Notes: generated by a model not told the origin, from the sequence alone. DNA of 63,719 bases, filler included, from Stramenopiles sp. TOSAG23-2 (GCA_900128395.1; 9 parts of 9 records of this genome joined end to end with filler, not necessarily neighbours in it), one strand, 5' to 3'; numbered from the whole stretch's first letter, positions 45,801 through 57,219 are shown. Translations and numbers: made by a program.

Positions 45801-46113
45801 AATCAGTTTGAAATAATAAACCTTGCGAACGCAGCCATGCAGTTGCGTTGGGAGAATTTATCGGCAAGTTATTCTGGTTATTATTGTTCTCCATTCTATA
45901 ATTAATACGATCATTTGATTGACTTTGACGATTTTCAAATAGCAATTGCTTAACAGCTGCATCGTTTTGTTTATTCCGCTTCACTCTAGATGAAGTAGTA
46001 TTCTTTCTTTTCTTAGGTGATATCATTGGTTCAATAAATGGTACTCGACGTTGTCTGTTATCGGCTGTAGTGGTTACATGTGCTTTTTTCCCAATTAACG
46101 ATAAGTTATTCAT
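42814..46113 (-). CDS. CCDC191: CCDC191-like coiled-coil protein with Sfi1-like (F..W) repeats
   Basis: VERWIQKV, EARKILRTWL, NPRLVIEERQ, repeated YFNNW/IFLKW/IFKKW/CFRKW/LFRSW, FLSAMEKRAEERK and YYGFRPW. Confidence 0.7.
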   Translation of the reverse strand: MNNLSLIGKKAHVTTTADNRQRRVPFIEPMISPKKRKNTTSSRVKRNKQNDAAVKQLLFENRQSQSNDRINYRMENNNNQNNLPINSPNATAWLRSQGLLFQTDFNRNANLVIEEDDTGIIITSPRIKQGYSNMNSYDQDIKDGEEDQVEPPPYTTPPSYWRQRFGSSNNNDNNNSENHSINGNEMSPSSMLHVEPEATPSPSYIFSNTATKHPLRISKKDTDEAEVELEVERWIQKVKETTLAEDGDEENNGADNKNMNTTTFNSKSMNEFIDGKKGRRNNEHTSLMDLMSSPGDIRQCFTGYDTSDTENDEEDFEQEEQHAGEARKILRTWLNAEDEAEKIKLRAKTNALLDDAITQDQTYQRQRLNTNNRKTFHETLRESNRTEIILDKDQIRQIRSNSRNPRLVIEERQRLLNEKRERRKQRQEKLAKERQENAINMSKSEYNRYKAKEESEKRRQWRLRQKEQREKQVHRLHRVSDDDESPPPFNRNSNHVGSSRKSKKKIVNPLSKSIVKLNNLVEQQENEVRRMRVQYQNKLKNEREEKEKARVKEMLKLRLERAKREKILIAKEEMRRKRNLSLLQEYFNNWNQFVLTRFDERCMEEENMANLKVIFLKWSVYVKTALYERNDRIQRKHRIDQYRAWVKKSHIFKKWSRFCKKRKSVRKRQRQIDLFAQKNRKKRVWKRWRLKIKYVVRRRENYHKATLLYKWRRKNNCFRKWCTFVNDVQKFRNKRLRRKKLDKLVSVAKSTKQEEAEKLHEERLQEDYVAEGIRMATKVSPYESKYNDEDVDDDESRYHSKKEKLNRDDNMTSSLHASRVPTDNAYEGKYCEFLSAMEKRAEERKIKREARRQRRQLADQEKLYIEQIREMGKVVFVDAAKGGRKFLKRCEAKRRKLEATRKAERIELAKRKYGDAIIKNTELCMKYYGFRPWCLFMILARMESVKARNHFHRIVTLKAMRDWKHFANASRRRKAVEILRKEARANTHFRYNLKVKVFDAMLSYHNSLRIREEAVRKQNEYRLQKDCLRYLRIKARELRGERIIRCQRADVFYRKKLVLNLFRSWKTVMPMLREEKKASLRRRALRSKVNSWLKDDDRL

Positions 46114-46860
46114 CTTTTACTTTTGTTTCTTTACTTTAATTTTCTTCTATTTGATTTCTTTATATTATTATTGTTAATATAATCTCACTAAAAGGGGAGA
46201 GAGAGAGAGAGAGAGATAGAGAAACACACTTGTAGATATTGTCATGTGTTTCTGTTCTTTCTACTGTTTTGTTTTTATTGTTTTTAAAAAAGAATAATGA
46301 TGATTTTAACGGCTGATCCGGATCACTCGTGTTGACTTATTTTGTCTTCTGGTTTTCGAATGATATTTGCCCTGCTATGCCGATGCTAGCTCCTTGCATT
46401 TCTTTTTCAATTAAGTGTTTCCTTGGAGCAAACCTGGCAAAACTTTAATACAGGTATTGAAATTAGCTGCACAAGTATTAGTTTTGAAAATCATGTGAGC
46501 AAATAATAAGGAATACAATTTATTACAATGACCTTTATACTAACAAGTATAACAATTCACATATTATACAACTCACTACTATATTCTTCTTCTTCTTTTC
46601 AAAAAAATAATAATACAAGTAAATACTACCTGACAAGCTGACAAAAGTGCAAAACAAAAAAAAATAGAAATTCTTCCGTGTATATGTATGAAACATCACA
46701 AGGGAAAGAGAGATGGTATACCAGGTATACTTCTTGAAAATTCAAACGATAGGTACAACGAATTATATACGAAGACTATATATATATACGTATATACACA
46801 CATACGCATATATATATATATATATATATCTATATCTATACATAAATACATATATACAAT

Positions 46861-49194
46861 ATGTCGGATGAAAAAGCAAAATTTGAAATGCCGTTTGATA
46901 CGGAAGAGAAATTATTAGACGCTATGAACCGTACTAAGAACGATTTGAAATTAACAAAAGAAGAGGAGACAAGGCTGACAAAAGCATTTAAAGAGCCTGA
47001 ATTTAAAAAGCTATTGGGTGAATACATGCAAGAAATATCAGATCCAAAAAACAGGGCGGAATATGAGCAATATATCAATCAAATGGAAAATGATGATAAA
47101 GTGCCGAAAGATATGAAAATTATTAAACCAAAAGGTGGATTTGTTATCAAAACTAAAAAGCTTGGTAAAAAAGTTGAAGGTGATGCCTCGCAAGAAAAAT
47201 GTTTTATTAATGTTTGTTGTGCAGATGTGTTGGAAAAACCATCCTTTACAAATACGGCAAAAGGTCAAAATTGGAAATTACCACATATGATTGGACCACC
47301 ACATATGGTACAAGATAAAAAAGGACAACCATGTATGACTTTTGAAGTCTGTTTTCATCCAGAAACAGTCGATAAAGCCCGTAAAAGTGACCAGTTTAAA
47401 AATATGGTAGCATCCGTAGCATTTAATGCTATAAAAGCAAATTATAAAAAATTTGCTGGTTCAGAGTGTGATTTGGATGATAACTATCGTATTTTAAGAG
47501 GCGTAAAAGCTTTTGGTGGAAAACCAAATATGTTATCAATGAAAAAAGATAAAAAAGATGATTCGAAACCAGATGAGAAAAGTAATAATAGTAATAATAG
47601 TAGTAGCAGTAGCAGTACCAATTCTAAGAAGAAAAAATCAAAAAAGAAAAATAAGAATAAAAAAACAAAAGAATCAGAAGTAGAACCAGTTAAAGGTGGT
47701 GTGGTAGAACCAAAGATTGTTATCGTTGAACGTGGACTTTTTGATTTAAAAGATACAATACATACACGGGAAGTTGAAAGCAAACGCCCGAAGGAATTAA
47801 TTTGTAAAATCTCCTTACCAAAAGTAACTAGTATTGCTGATGTTGATCTAGATGTTGATAGCCGATACTTAAGCGTAGAAGTAAAGGATATTTATTCACT
47901 TGAAAGACGATTGCCATATGAAGTGATTGGGGATAAAGGTAAAGCTAAGTGGATAAAGAAGAAAAATTTATTACAGGTCACTATTCCAGTGAAATCACCA
48001 CCGAAAAAGCCAAGTAAGAAATTTACGGAACCAAAGCCAGATCTTGATGATGGCGAAAGTGGAATATTATCTGAAAATAAAAATAATAAATTAATTTCAG
48101 AAATATCTTCTACGCGCGCACCACAAGCAGTTTCAGAAACAATCGAACCAAACGATCAAGATAGCAAAGAGGAAAAAGACGATGATGTACCACCAGCACC
48201 ATCAACTTCATCATCATCAAAAAGCGGCATGGATGAAGACGATGACGTTAGCGAAAGCATCGATACTAGCGATGGAATTCCAGGCTTATCTCCTGAAATG
48301 CAAAGAAAATTAAAGGAAGCTAGGGAAGCATATAACCAATGGCAACATCAAGGCGATAAAGCACATGAGGAAGAAGAGAAGAAACGATTGGAAGAAGAGC
48401 GTGTTAAGCAAGAAAAAGCAATGGCAGCATTAGCATTAAAAGCAGCAAATGGCGACGCGAAGAAAGCAGCGAAACAAGCTAAATTTATTCCGTCTGCAAA
48501 ATTTGATGGTAAAAAAGAATTTTACGTATTTAAATATGGTGACGAAGGCTTAGGTTATTACTGGGATACATATGGCAATTTAGGAACATTACCATCATCA
48601 GGTAGAAATGGAGCGTGTGAATCTACTAAAAAGAAGCAAAACAAGCAAAAAAATGCTGCGAAAGGCCAAAGTAATTCATTTGTACAAAAAGATGTTGTAG
48701 CGAAAGGAAAAGATTTATTGAAATTACCACGCTATCGGTTTCGCCAAGACAAATCCTCGGTAACAATACTAGTACAGGTTGAAGATATTGATTCATCGAC
48801 AGTAGTAATTGATTATAAAACTGATTGTGTTCATTTAAAATTTGCTGCTAAGGAGGAAACATATGGATTTGTACTAAGAGCACCAGATGGCGCTTCAATT
48901 GATATATCGAAATGTCGATATGATGTATCTCAAAGTAACATGGCAATTAAGATAGGCAAAAAAGCAAATGAGAAATGGGTATTAAATATTGATAAAGTCA
49001 GTAGAACAAATCCAATTTTTACCCCAGCAGAGGAAGACGCAGTCGAAGATGCAAATGATGACCAAGTTGTTGTTGACGATGATAATACCAATGATCAATC
49101 GAAACAAAAGAAATCAAATAGTAACAGTAATAATAATGGAGGAGGAGCTGGACATGCACCACTTTCGAATAAATTATTTATGGAATTAGATTAA
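46861..49194 (+). CDS. DNAAF2: Dynein axonemal assembly factor 2 (Kintoun/PF13), PIH1 + CS domains
   Basis: AFKEPEFKKLLGEYMQEISDPKNRAEYEQYINQME, PKGGFVIKT, KCFINVC, GQNWKLP, RPKELICKISLP, LPYEV..DKGKAKW and YRFRQDKSSVTILV. Confidence 0.93.
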   Translation: MSDEKAKFEMPFDTEEKLLDAMNRTKNDLKLTKEEETRLTKAFKEPEFKKLLGEYMQEISDPKNRAEYEQYINQMENDDKVPKDMKIIKPKGGFVIKTKKLGKKVEGDASQEKCFINVCCADVLEKPSFTNTAKGQNWKLPHMIGPPHMVQDKKGQPCMTFEVCFHPETVDKARKSDQFKNMVASVAFNAIKANYKKFAGSECDLDDNYRILRGVKAFGGKPNMLSMKKDKKDDSKPDEKSNNSNNSSSSSSTNSKKKKSKKKNKNKKTKESEVEPVKGGVVEPKIVIVERGLFDLKDTIHTREVESKRPKELICKISLPKVTSIADVDLDVDSRYLSVEVKDIYSLERRLPYEVIGDKGKAKWIKKKNLLQVTIPVKSPPKKPSKKFTEPKPDLDDGESGILSENKNNKLISEISSTRAPQAVSETIEPNDQDSKEEKDDDVPPAPSTSSSSKSGMDEDDDVSESIDTSDGIPGLSPEMQRKLKEAREAYNQWQHQGDKAHEEEEKKRLEEERVKQEKAMAALALKAANGDAKKAAKQAKFIPSAKFDGKKEFYVFKYGDEGLGYYWDTYGNLGTLPSSGRNGACESTKKKQNKQKNAAKGQSNSFVQKDVVAKGKDLLKLPRYRFRQDKSSVTILVQVEDIDSSTVVIDYKTDCVHLKFAAKEETYGFVLRAPDGASIDISKCRYDVSQSNMAIKIGKKANEKWVLNIDKVSRTNPIFTPAEEDAVEDANDDQVVVDDDNTNDQSKQKKSNSNSNNNGGGAGHAPLSNKLFMELD

Positions 49195-49584
49195 TAAGGA
49201 ATGAAGAAACGGCCAAAGGAAAAAGAGGTAGTGTTGTAAAAAATAATATCACTTTAATGAACTATACCATAGTGACCATATATTTATAATTAATATCAGA
49301 GCAATTTCTCCTGTTCTGCTTTCTATTAATAGTAATAGCAGCTACCAGTATAATTCCACCCTATACACACAATACTATTATTGAAATAATAGATCGAAAT
49401 GTGCAAATTAAAATCCCAACAAATAACAATTTTCTTCATCTTGTGCTCCCTGGCTGGGCTGGCCCAGCTGGCCCAGCTGTACTGTGTAGGTAGCTGTGGG
49501 GATGCTATTAATTAGCAGGTACATAGCAGGGGATATCCATCATGTGAGTGCTATCTCGATACTATTGTATTAGCAGGTGCATAG

Positions 49585-49684
49585 NNNNNNNNNNNNNNNN
49601 NNNNNNNNNNNNNNNNNNNNNNNNNNNNTTAATTAATTAANNNNNNNNNNNNNNNNNNNNNNNNNNNNNNNNNNNNNNNNNNNN
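49585..49684. other. Artificial contig linker
   Basis: 44N-TTAATTAATTAA-44N. Confidence 0.98.
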
Positions 49685-50055
49685 TCATAACTCTATGGAG
49701 TCCCTACGGTAGCTACGCTACCTTGGGGCTCCAGGAGAGGATCCGAGCGAGAGAGTGGCCATCAAAAAATTTAGTATTGGGTTACCATTGGCACTTTTAG
49801 GCTGGTGTTTTAGTTTAGGTTTGGGTCAACAGATTCCAGTTTTTTTTTGGAATGTTGTAAAACCCCTTACCAGGTACCAGGCTTACTGGCTTAATCCTAC
49901 TTAAAAAATCCACTTTTTTGACATTTACCAATATATGTATATACATCTACACTGTAAAAGAAAAAACGAATCAGTATAATTCGAAAAATAATATCAAAAA
50001 GGTATAAAATCTATCATTGCTTGCACGAGAAAACAATATATTATAAAAAAAGAAT

Positions 50056-51585
50056 ATGAACTTCAAGAAATCTATTGGAACGACAAAAAATGTAGTAATA
50101 CATACTACTACAATTCAAAATCAAATATCAAAGATTGATAAAAAAATACAACGCTCACAAGTTGTTCCTTCGGTAAACTACACATTGCCACCATCATTTA
50201 CATCTAAACATGGAAAGAAGGAAATACAAAAAGATGGTAGTCACAATCAAAAATACGCAACAGATGAAAATGGTATATTACATTATCAAAATGTAATTGT
50301 TACGTTGCTTGCAGAAAAAATATTACAATCAGGTGAGCAACTTGCATATCCATTGAATGACCATGTCTCTTTAGGTATAAAAATTCCTGAAGTGGGTTGG
50401 AAGGAAAGCGATATAAGAACAAGAGCAGCAATTACAATTCAACGATTTTGGAAAAATCGTATATTTCGTAAATTTGTTAAAATAATTGAACTGGCACAGA
50501 AAAACCAAGTGAAACAATTTGCACGAATAGGTTGGATGTTAATAATCATGTCAGGTATTGGTAATCAAGTCGTTATTTTTTCCGGAAGTAGATATAGTAT
50601 TATCCCTTTGGTTTTCCCGTTATCTGTATTTCTTTGTTTCCTGATCTTAGCACGTACACTTATTTTAGGCGATCGAACCAATTATTATACCTACATAAGC
50701 TTTGGGGCGTTTTATGTGTCTTTTATGGTTATTGAAAGTGTTATTTATCAAAGTAGAAATGGATTTAATCCTGTTGCGTTAATATCTCCGTTTATCGTGA
50801 ATCCCATAATTTTCTTTTTCCTTGGTCGTGTATGGAATATTTTTGCAACAATATTACAGCACGAGTACAAAGAAAATATTAAGCAAATATCAAGTATTTT
50901 AAGTGGGCGTTTATTAGCAGCATTGCCGATAATTACTTTATTTGCATTGCAAGCTCAAATGCTAACATTTGCAATGCCAATATTAGAAGACAGCATGTGT
51001 GAAAAAATGCCTGGTACAATTCCACCTTCTACAGCAAATCCACGGTGGACAAATTGTACAGATAATAATAAAATCAATGAATATTATCCAGCAAAGCCAA
51101 CTTCGATACATGAAATAGAATTGAAAAACGCTATTGAAGATTTTGTGCCGGTTGGTAGACAGTGGGGTTTTCAAACCTTTCAAGCAGTAGAACCAATATT
51201 TCTCTTATTGACTGGTAAAATTTTATTTCGTGTGTGTCGTTTAAGCATTCGTGATATACTTGCTATACGTACTTCATTTTGGGAAATAGCAGTGGTTATT
51301 GTAACACTTTTATACTTGCTTCTTGTATTTCTCGGAGGTGGTGTTGGAATGAAACCAGGTTTTTCTACTCCAGCTGATTATTATTCATTTGTTGGCACAT
51401 TGAACTTGTTTGTATTTGTTCCAGTTTTGTTCATACGATTCATTGCCTTGTATATCCTTATTAAAAATGGTCAAAAATGCATGAATATGGAAATCAATGG
51501 CAAAGATCCAAAAACATATTCATATGGGGTACGTGTGATACATAAACGGAAAATAAATGTGAAGGAAGAGGTGTCCATTGTATAA
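50056..51585 (+). CDS. Multi-pass membrane protein (~7-8 TM) with IQ-like calmodulin-binding motif
   Basis: AAITIQRFWKNR followed by multiple hydrophobic helices. No family recognised. Confidence 0.75.
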   Translation: MNFKKSIGTTKNVVIHTTTIQNQISKIDKKIQRSQVVPSVNYTLPPSFTSKHGKKEIQKDGSHNQKYATDENGILHYQNVIVTLLAEKILQSGEQLAYPLNDHVSLGIKIPEVGWKESDIRTRAAITIQRFWKNRIFRKFVKIIELAQKNQVKQFARIGWMLIIMSGIGNQVVIFSGSRYSIIPLVFPLSVFLCFLILARTLILGDRTNYYTYISFGAFYVSFMVIESVIYQSRNGFNPVALISPFIVNPIIFFFLGRVWNIFATILQHEYKENIKQISSILSGRLLAALPIITLFALQAQMLTFAMPILEDSMCEKMPGTIPPSTANPRWTNCTDNNKINEYYPAKPTSIHEIELKNAIEDFVPVGRQWGFQTFQAVEPIFLLLTGKILFRVCRLSIRDILAIRTSFWEIAVVIVTLLYLLLVFLGGGVGMKPGFSTPADYYSFVGTLNLFVFVPVLFIRFIALYILIKNGQKCMNMEINGKDPKTYSYGVRVIHKRKINVKEEVSIV

Positions 51586-52502
51586 AAAAAATAAATGTTT
51601 TATACACGGATAGATAGAGTACATATATATCAGTATTTACCAATTTTTTCAGCATGCTTGACATTTGACATTTGACATCATAGGTATTTGACACCATCAA
51701 CACTAAGCACAAAGGGTACTAAAAAATGATGATATCCCACTTAACACTACGATTCCCACGTACTAAATCTACTAGGAAAAGAAACAAATCTAGCATCCGT
51801 CTTCTAAGATCTGGAATCCGCGTTTTAAGCTGTGGGGATGCTGGATTCGCAACCTCCCTATCAGATTTGGTATGGATGGTCGGTACTGTTTGAAAATTTA
51901 CGTAGTCGGCTGTGGAGATTCTGGATGTTTTGTGGGTTTAGTGTACTGTGAATGTAGCTTGTTGGTGCCTATGAAAAACGGTGGTATTTATTTATTTTGT
52001 CCTTTAATACTAATACTATGGTGCCTGATTTGGTACGGCCAGGTATAATATATTATACTACCAGGTAAAATCGAAATTAACTTACTATAGGGTTTTGTTG
52101 TGTGTGTGTTTTGGTGTAAAAATGTGATATTAAGCTGGAGTAAGCGGACGGCCTTAAACTAAACTTGATTATCCTTAAATCATACCGTTGATAAACTATA
52201 CTTAATAGCCTATATACATATACTAACGCCCTACTACTGCCTAGCTAGTTCAAAATAAGAGGTGATTAGCATTACTTAGATAACATAGACACAGCATTGA
52301 GATGCCTTAGATAACGGGATTACACTTGTTTTAAGTTATAAGTACATATTGAAAAAACAGCAGGTAAATTTTTTTGTAATTTTTGATGGAGACAAAAGTT
52401 AAACTTGTTTGTGTTTTCGCTATACATTGTGTGTTTGAGCAAGTTATTAATATAATAAAGATATATTAATCGGAAATATAGCACAGTATATATATATATA
52501 GG

Positions 52503-52873
52503 ATGGAAACATTGAGCGATGATTTAAAAGCTATGGTGAAGGCAAAAGAAATAACTTTACCACAAGCGTTGGAGTTAAATAAACAAAAAAAAACAGCGGA
52601 AGAACACACATGATAAATTTATGGGAAGACGAAACAAAATATGATAAAACTGCAATTGCCGATATGCTTCAACTTGGAAGTGGATTTTATTGGGGGGGGG
52701 ATAAAGTTGTCGTGACAGGTACGGGTAGAAAACGTCGACCTGGCCATCAAGTTACTTTATTTGCCTCTGAAGACAAAATTGGTGGTGAATGGTTCTTGAT
52801 CTTTGCTGCTAACTACAATGGATTTCTTAAAAAGAAAAATTTGAAAATAAAACAAATAATCGAAGCTTCTTAA
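52503..52873 (+). pseudogene. Short disrupted ORF remnant of unknown origin
   Basis: METLSDDLKAMVKAKEITLPQALEL...* (from 52503) overlaps ORF 52610..52873 in another frame, and abuts the stop of the convergent gene. Confidence 0.3.
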
Positions 52874-52874
52874 T

Positions 52875-55800
52875 CTACTCATTCCACTCATCTTCATCAG
52901 TCATTTTTACCATTTCAAAGGTATTGTTATTATAACTAGCACTACTGCTGTCATTTTTGTAATTCGAAGCATTTGTATCTATTACAACTACACCCCCATG
53001 CGACATAGGATTTGTCTGAATAGTACTTGGACTTGGATACGTTATTTCACCACTATATTGTTGGCTCATATTGAATTGAATATATTTTCTATAACATGGG
53101 CATAGCTTGCAATTAAGTACTGTAGATAGACAAGAATATATACTACCACAACATCCCAAAAAGGCAAATAAAATGACAAAAGCAAATCCTGCACCATCAA
53201 TATTTAATGACATTGATTCCCCATGCGAATCTGGTGTTCCGTATTTTGTATCGCCATATGCTAGTTCTTCACTGCCCCAATTAGCTACATCGATTAGTCT
53301 AAGCTTAGTATAATTTTCATGGTGGTTATTATTTATAGCTTTATCGAATTGGACTTTAATGGTATTAGAATCAACTAGGCCAGCTTTGCTTTCATCTAAT
53401 TTTGCCGGATATATAAGGTTATCCACTTGCATGAGGTAAGATTCAAAATGGATATTGCTCTTACCGATAATTGCAACTCCCCATTTATCAAGGGGCGTTT
53501 CAAGATTATAATAATTTTGAGACTCAAATATATTACATTGACTTTCTAACTTTCCATCAATAATTTCATCTACATTTATATTCCAATTGCTATGAACTAT
53601 ATTTTGTTGTGTAATATAATTTTGAATATGTTCATATCCCGCTTGCGATATTGAGGAAGTATTGACACGAAGCTCTACAGACTGTAAAACTTTTGCTTTT
53701 TCAATTGTATTTGTTTGATCATTGTAAAGAAAATTACCACAACCAATTGAAATGAATTCACTTGATTCAACAATACTATTGCCTTTATATAAATATGCAC
53801 AACCAACATTACTCTCTTTGTCAGAAAGTTCTAAATAATATGGCATTATGTTATTTAAATCCATCGTGATATCATAAACACTATAACATGTTGTTTCTGA
53901 ATTCGCGAAAAATTCAATGTTTTTCAATTTTGCATTATTAATTAATGAAGTTGCTGTGCTAGTAACATCATTACTATCCGAGTGACAAGTCGTACCTAAC
54001 ATATTTTTTGGTATTTGCATCGGAAATGCGAACTTTGTTTTATGATGTGTTATTGTAAGTGTGATTGGAACTACCGTACCGGATAAAAGTCTTCCCCAAA
54101 ATCTGGAGATGGCTGTCGAACTTGTTGCATTCAATTCACTAACTTTAAATTCAAAATGAAATGAAATTTGCACAAATGTTTTCATAAATGCTTTGGTGTA
54201 TTCTCCAGCTAGAAAAATATTTCCAATTTTATCACCTGTTTCAACATCTGAAATACCAAAAGCTACAGTATTATTTAAATACGTAATGGAATGAAATGTT
54301 TTTGTTAGACAATATAAAATGCCAGTTTGATTTGCTTTTAGAAATATATATAAATGATTACATATATATAATATATGTATATGTATATGACACCAAACTT
54401 ACTAATGTCACCGATATTCACATCAGGTAGAAGCGTATTCAAAACTGACGGCAGTTCCAAAGTATAAATATAAGTAAATTTTAAATTGTTTCCAGAGAAA
54501 GAAATAGAATCATCAAATTTTCCATCTTTTGGCAATAGCTTACAAAATGCTGTTGCCCTTGCTTCATCCTTATCCCTTTTTGTAAAAATATTAATAACCA
54601 ACTTCGAAAACTGGCGCAGCAATATGTTGTTTGTGTTTGAGTTTGACATTTTAAAACGATAGTCAGTCGATTTGCCATTGATGAATGCGCTGAGCATCTT
54701 TGCGTTTCTTCCAAGACGCAGCTTTATCGATAATGTCGTAAAACCATTCTTTACCCAATCTAACTTAAAATGTAAATAGGAATTGCTAGATAGCTCTTCT
54801 ACCCACATTACTGGTGTGTCAGCACCGATGTTATCTAAACCAATGATATCATACTTGTTTCTCTGTGTTACGCACGAATCAAAGTTTTCACTTTTCCATT
54901 TCAAAACTAACGCAGACGTAGAGGATGTGGTGCCTTCTGGTGGTACACTTATGTCTTCCGGAACACACGCTACGATGTCAGATATTGAGAAATCTGAAGC
55001 CGATTGACTTCGTGTACGATTCTCACTTGTATCATCGTTTTTATCAACGTTTTGTGAGAATTTACAAGAAGTTGATTCATATACGCAGACGTTTTGTTCA
55101 TTAAGCGAAGCAAATTCTTGTCCAATTGTTGAAAATGTTTTATTTTCAATCATTTCCGTTCGGAACGGGTGATCTCCTGCAAATGCAAAATCAATGCTAG
55201 ATATAACAGTTTGCAAAAAACATTTTGTGCCACTTTCAACGCCATTGGTTTTGGAGCCAGACAGCATTGAGCTGCGTTGTACTCCTTGAATTCGAAATGG
55301 GATGTATTTTTGCAGTTGGTCATGTAGCGTTGAATTGTAAACTGTTTCAAGCACGGAACGAACACCAGCTTCATGGGTTTTTTTATTCAAAACCATGCCA
55401 ACTTTGATTGCTCCATTGCTTTTTGTTTTACTTTCTATCTTCATATCATCATCAATGGAAGACACTCCGATATCAAAATCCATTATTGGTTGGTCGTCTA
55501 ATCCTGCCATAACACGTAATCCACTTTTAAATGTTGAATCGCCAAGAATTTTCATATTACTTTGTATGCCACTTAAAGCAACATTGAAATCTGTGTTTGT
55601 AAATGCAAAGTTCTCGATCGCATTTAATATGAATCGAGATGGCTTTGCTTTCAATCTTTTCTTCCGTTCTTCTTTTTCCTTCGCACTAGGTTCATCTTTT
55701 TCCTTAAAATCGCTTCTTCTTTCCATGCAAGTTTTGCATCGTGAAGGCATATATTTTGTATCTAATGGAAACGAATACCTACCTGTCTGCCCTTCCAAGC

Positions 55801-56530
55801 GGAAAATTATATCTGGAAATACACTAAAACCAATTTTAATGGCATACTTTATCGAAATTAAATTGCTAATCGGATTTTGCACTTTCACGTTTTTTTTAAT
55901 ATGCGATATTAAGGAGGATAAACTTTTTACATTTTCACTAGTAATTTTTAAAGATACAGTACCATTACTAATTTTCGGGGCATCCAATAAAGGTATTTCA
56001 CTATTTCCTTGCCTGGGTATAACACCTTTATGTTTTAAAGGCCCTGTAGCTGTCACATCTTTCCCTGTAAATGATGCTACTTCAATGTTAAACATCCTCT
56101 CTTGTTCTTCGTTCAATATACCAATTTCTATTTGATTTATATACAAGTCAAATGTACTATTCCATCTTTGACCGAAGTTTATGTTCAAACGCATATTATT
56201 TTCATCACATACATTTTCAAGCACAACTTCATTTACGACAAACTCATTCTTAATATGCCTCAAAGAATTGATCAATCCTATCAATTGTATGATGAAAATA
56301 AAAAGTGGTAAAACCAGGAAGCATTGACAACAGCTCAAAGCACATTGTACATCTTTTCTATTTAAATAACGTTTCCAACTAATCTTTTTCTTTGATGACT
56401 GATTTTTATTTCCAATAGCGATTCGGCGAAAATTTTGGTTTGTACCACCATCCATCTTGTTGTCAAGAAGGTATAAGAGGTGAGAGGTGACAGGTTTCGT
56501 GTCGAGTTGTCGTGCACTCCTGTGTGTCAT
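52875..56530 (-). CDS. Large hypothetical membrane protein (N-terminal and C-terminal TM, beta-rich ectodomain), probably one gene with a short intron at ~54393-54335
   Basis: ORF 52875..54185 stays open upstream to ~54335. A phase-1 intron (TTTG|GTGTCA...AAAG|CA) over an AT microsatellite joins it in frame with 54338..56530. Splice sites are weak. Confidence 0.6.
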
Positions 56531-56653
56531 CGTGTGATGGTAGTGCTTCTTTAGGTGTGGTGGATTAGTGATAATTGTAGATTTTTTATTTTGCTTTTTG
56601 CTTTTTGCTTCTTGGTTTTGTTGTTGTTTTTGTTGGGCTACTATTAATATTGG

Positions 56654-56753
56654 NNNNNNNNNNNNNNNNNNNNNNNNNNNNNNNNNNNNNNNNNNNNTTA
56701 ATTAATTAANNNNNNNNNNNNNNNNNNNNNNNNNNNNNNNNNNNNNNNNNNNN
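56654..56753. other. Artificial contig linker
   Basis: 44N-TTAATTAATTAA-44N. Confidence 0.98.
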
Positions 56754-57219
56754 ATTTTTTTTCCTGCAATGCTTCAAATTGTACTTTGACTTTATCCATT
56801 GTATCATCATCAAAACGTTCGATATCTTCTATAGTTGTTATTTTAGCTTTGAATAATTTACCACCACTATTATTATTCTTCTTCTTATTATTATTAGTAG
56901 TAGTAGTAACATTTACATTATTTTTTTCTATTTTACTATTATTATCTACTAAATTATTACTATTGTTTCGTGTAGTAGTAGCGGTTATTTTTAAACCTGA
57001 TGACATTACAATATTTTTGTTATTATTGTTGTATTTCGTATGACGATGAAGTTTATTTGAGATTGGGGAAGGTGGTCGTGGTGAGATAGATTTGTTTTGT
57101 GTATTAGATCGACGACCTGTTACTTTTGCTATTTTTGATTGTTGTTTCTTTTTTATATTATATGGCAATGGTGGTGATTTTATAACACTCCATGGACGAA
57201 ACATATCAGGCGATTGCAT
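56754..57219 (-). CDS. 5' part of an unknown Asn-rich low-complexity protein running off the contig
   Basis: Open frame from ATG 57219 to the contig edge, with poly-N tracts like other genes here. Confidence 0.55.

Noticed and set aside
46417..46433. RFX X-box-like site between the two ciliary genes
   Set aside because: Second half-site is poor, and RFX regulation is not expected outside opisthokonts and close relatives.
52610..52873. Pogo/Tc5 DDE transposase fragment
   Set aside because: Only a vague resemblance, with no catalytic Asp motif or TIRs visible.
55395..56135. Long antisense ORFs (this one, 26021..26845, 39350..39928, 3504..3959 and similar)
   Set aside because: Shadow frames opposite well-supported genes, with no motifs.
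7018..56753. Regularly spaced TTAATTAATTAA palindromes about every 7.1 kb
   Set aside because: Artificial linkers between length-sorted contigs. ORFs that run into them (ending ...XLIN) and cross-linker gene neighbourhoods are not biological.
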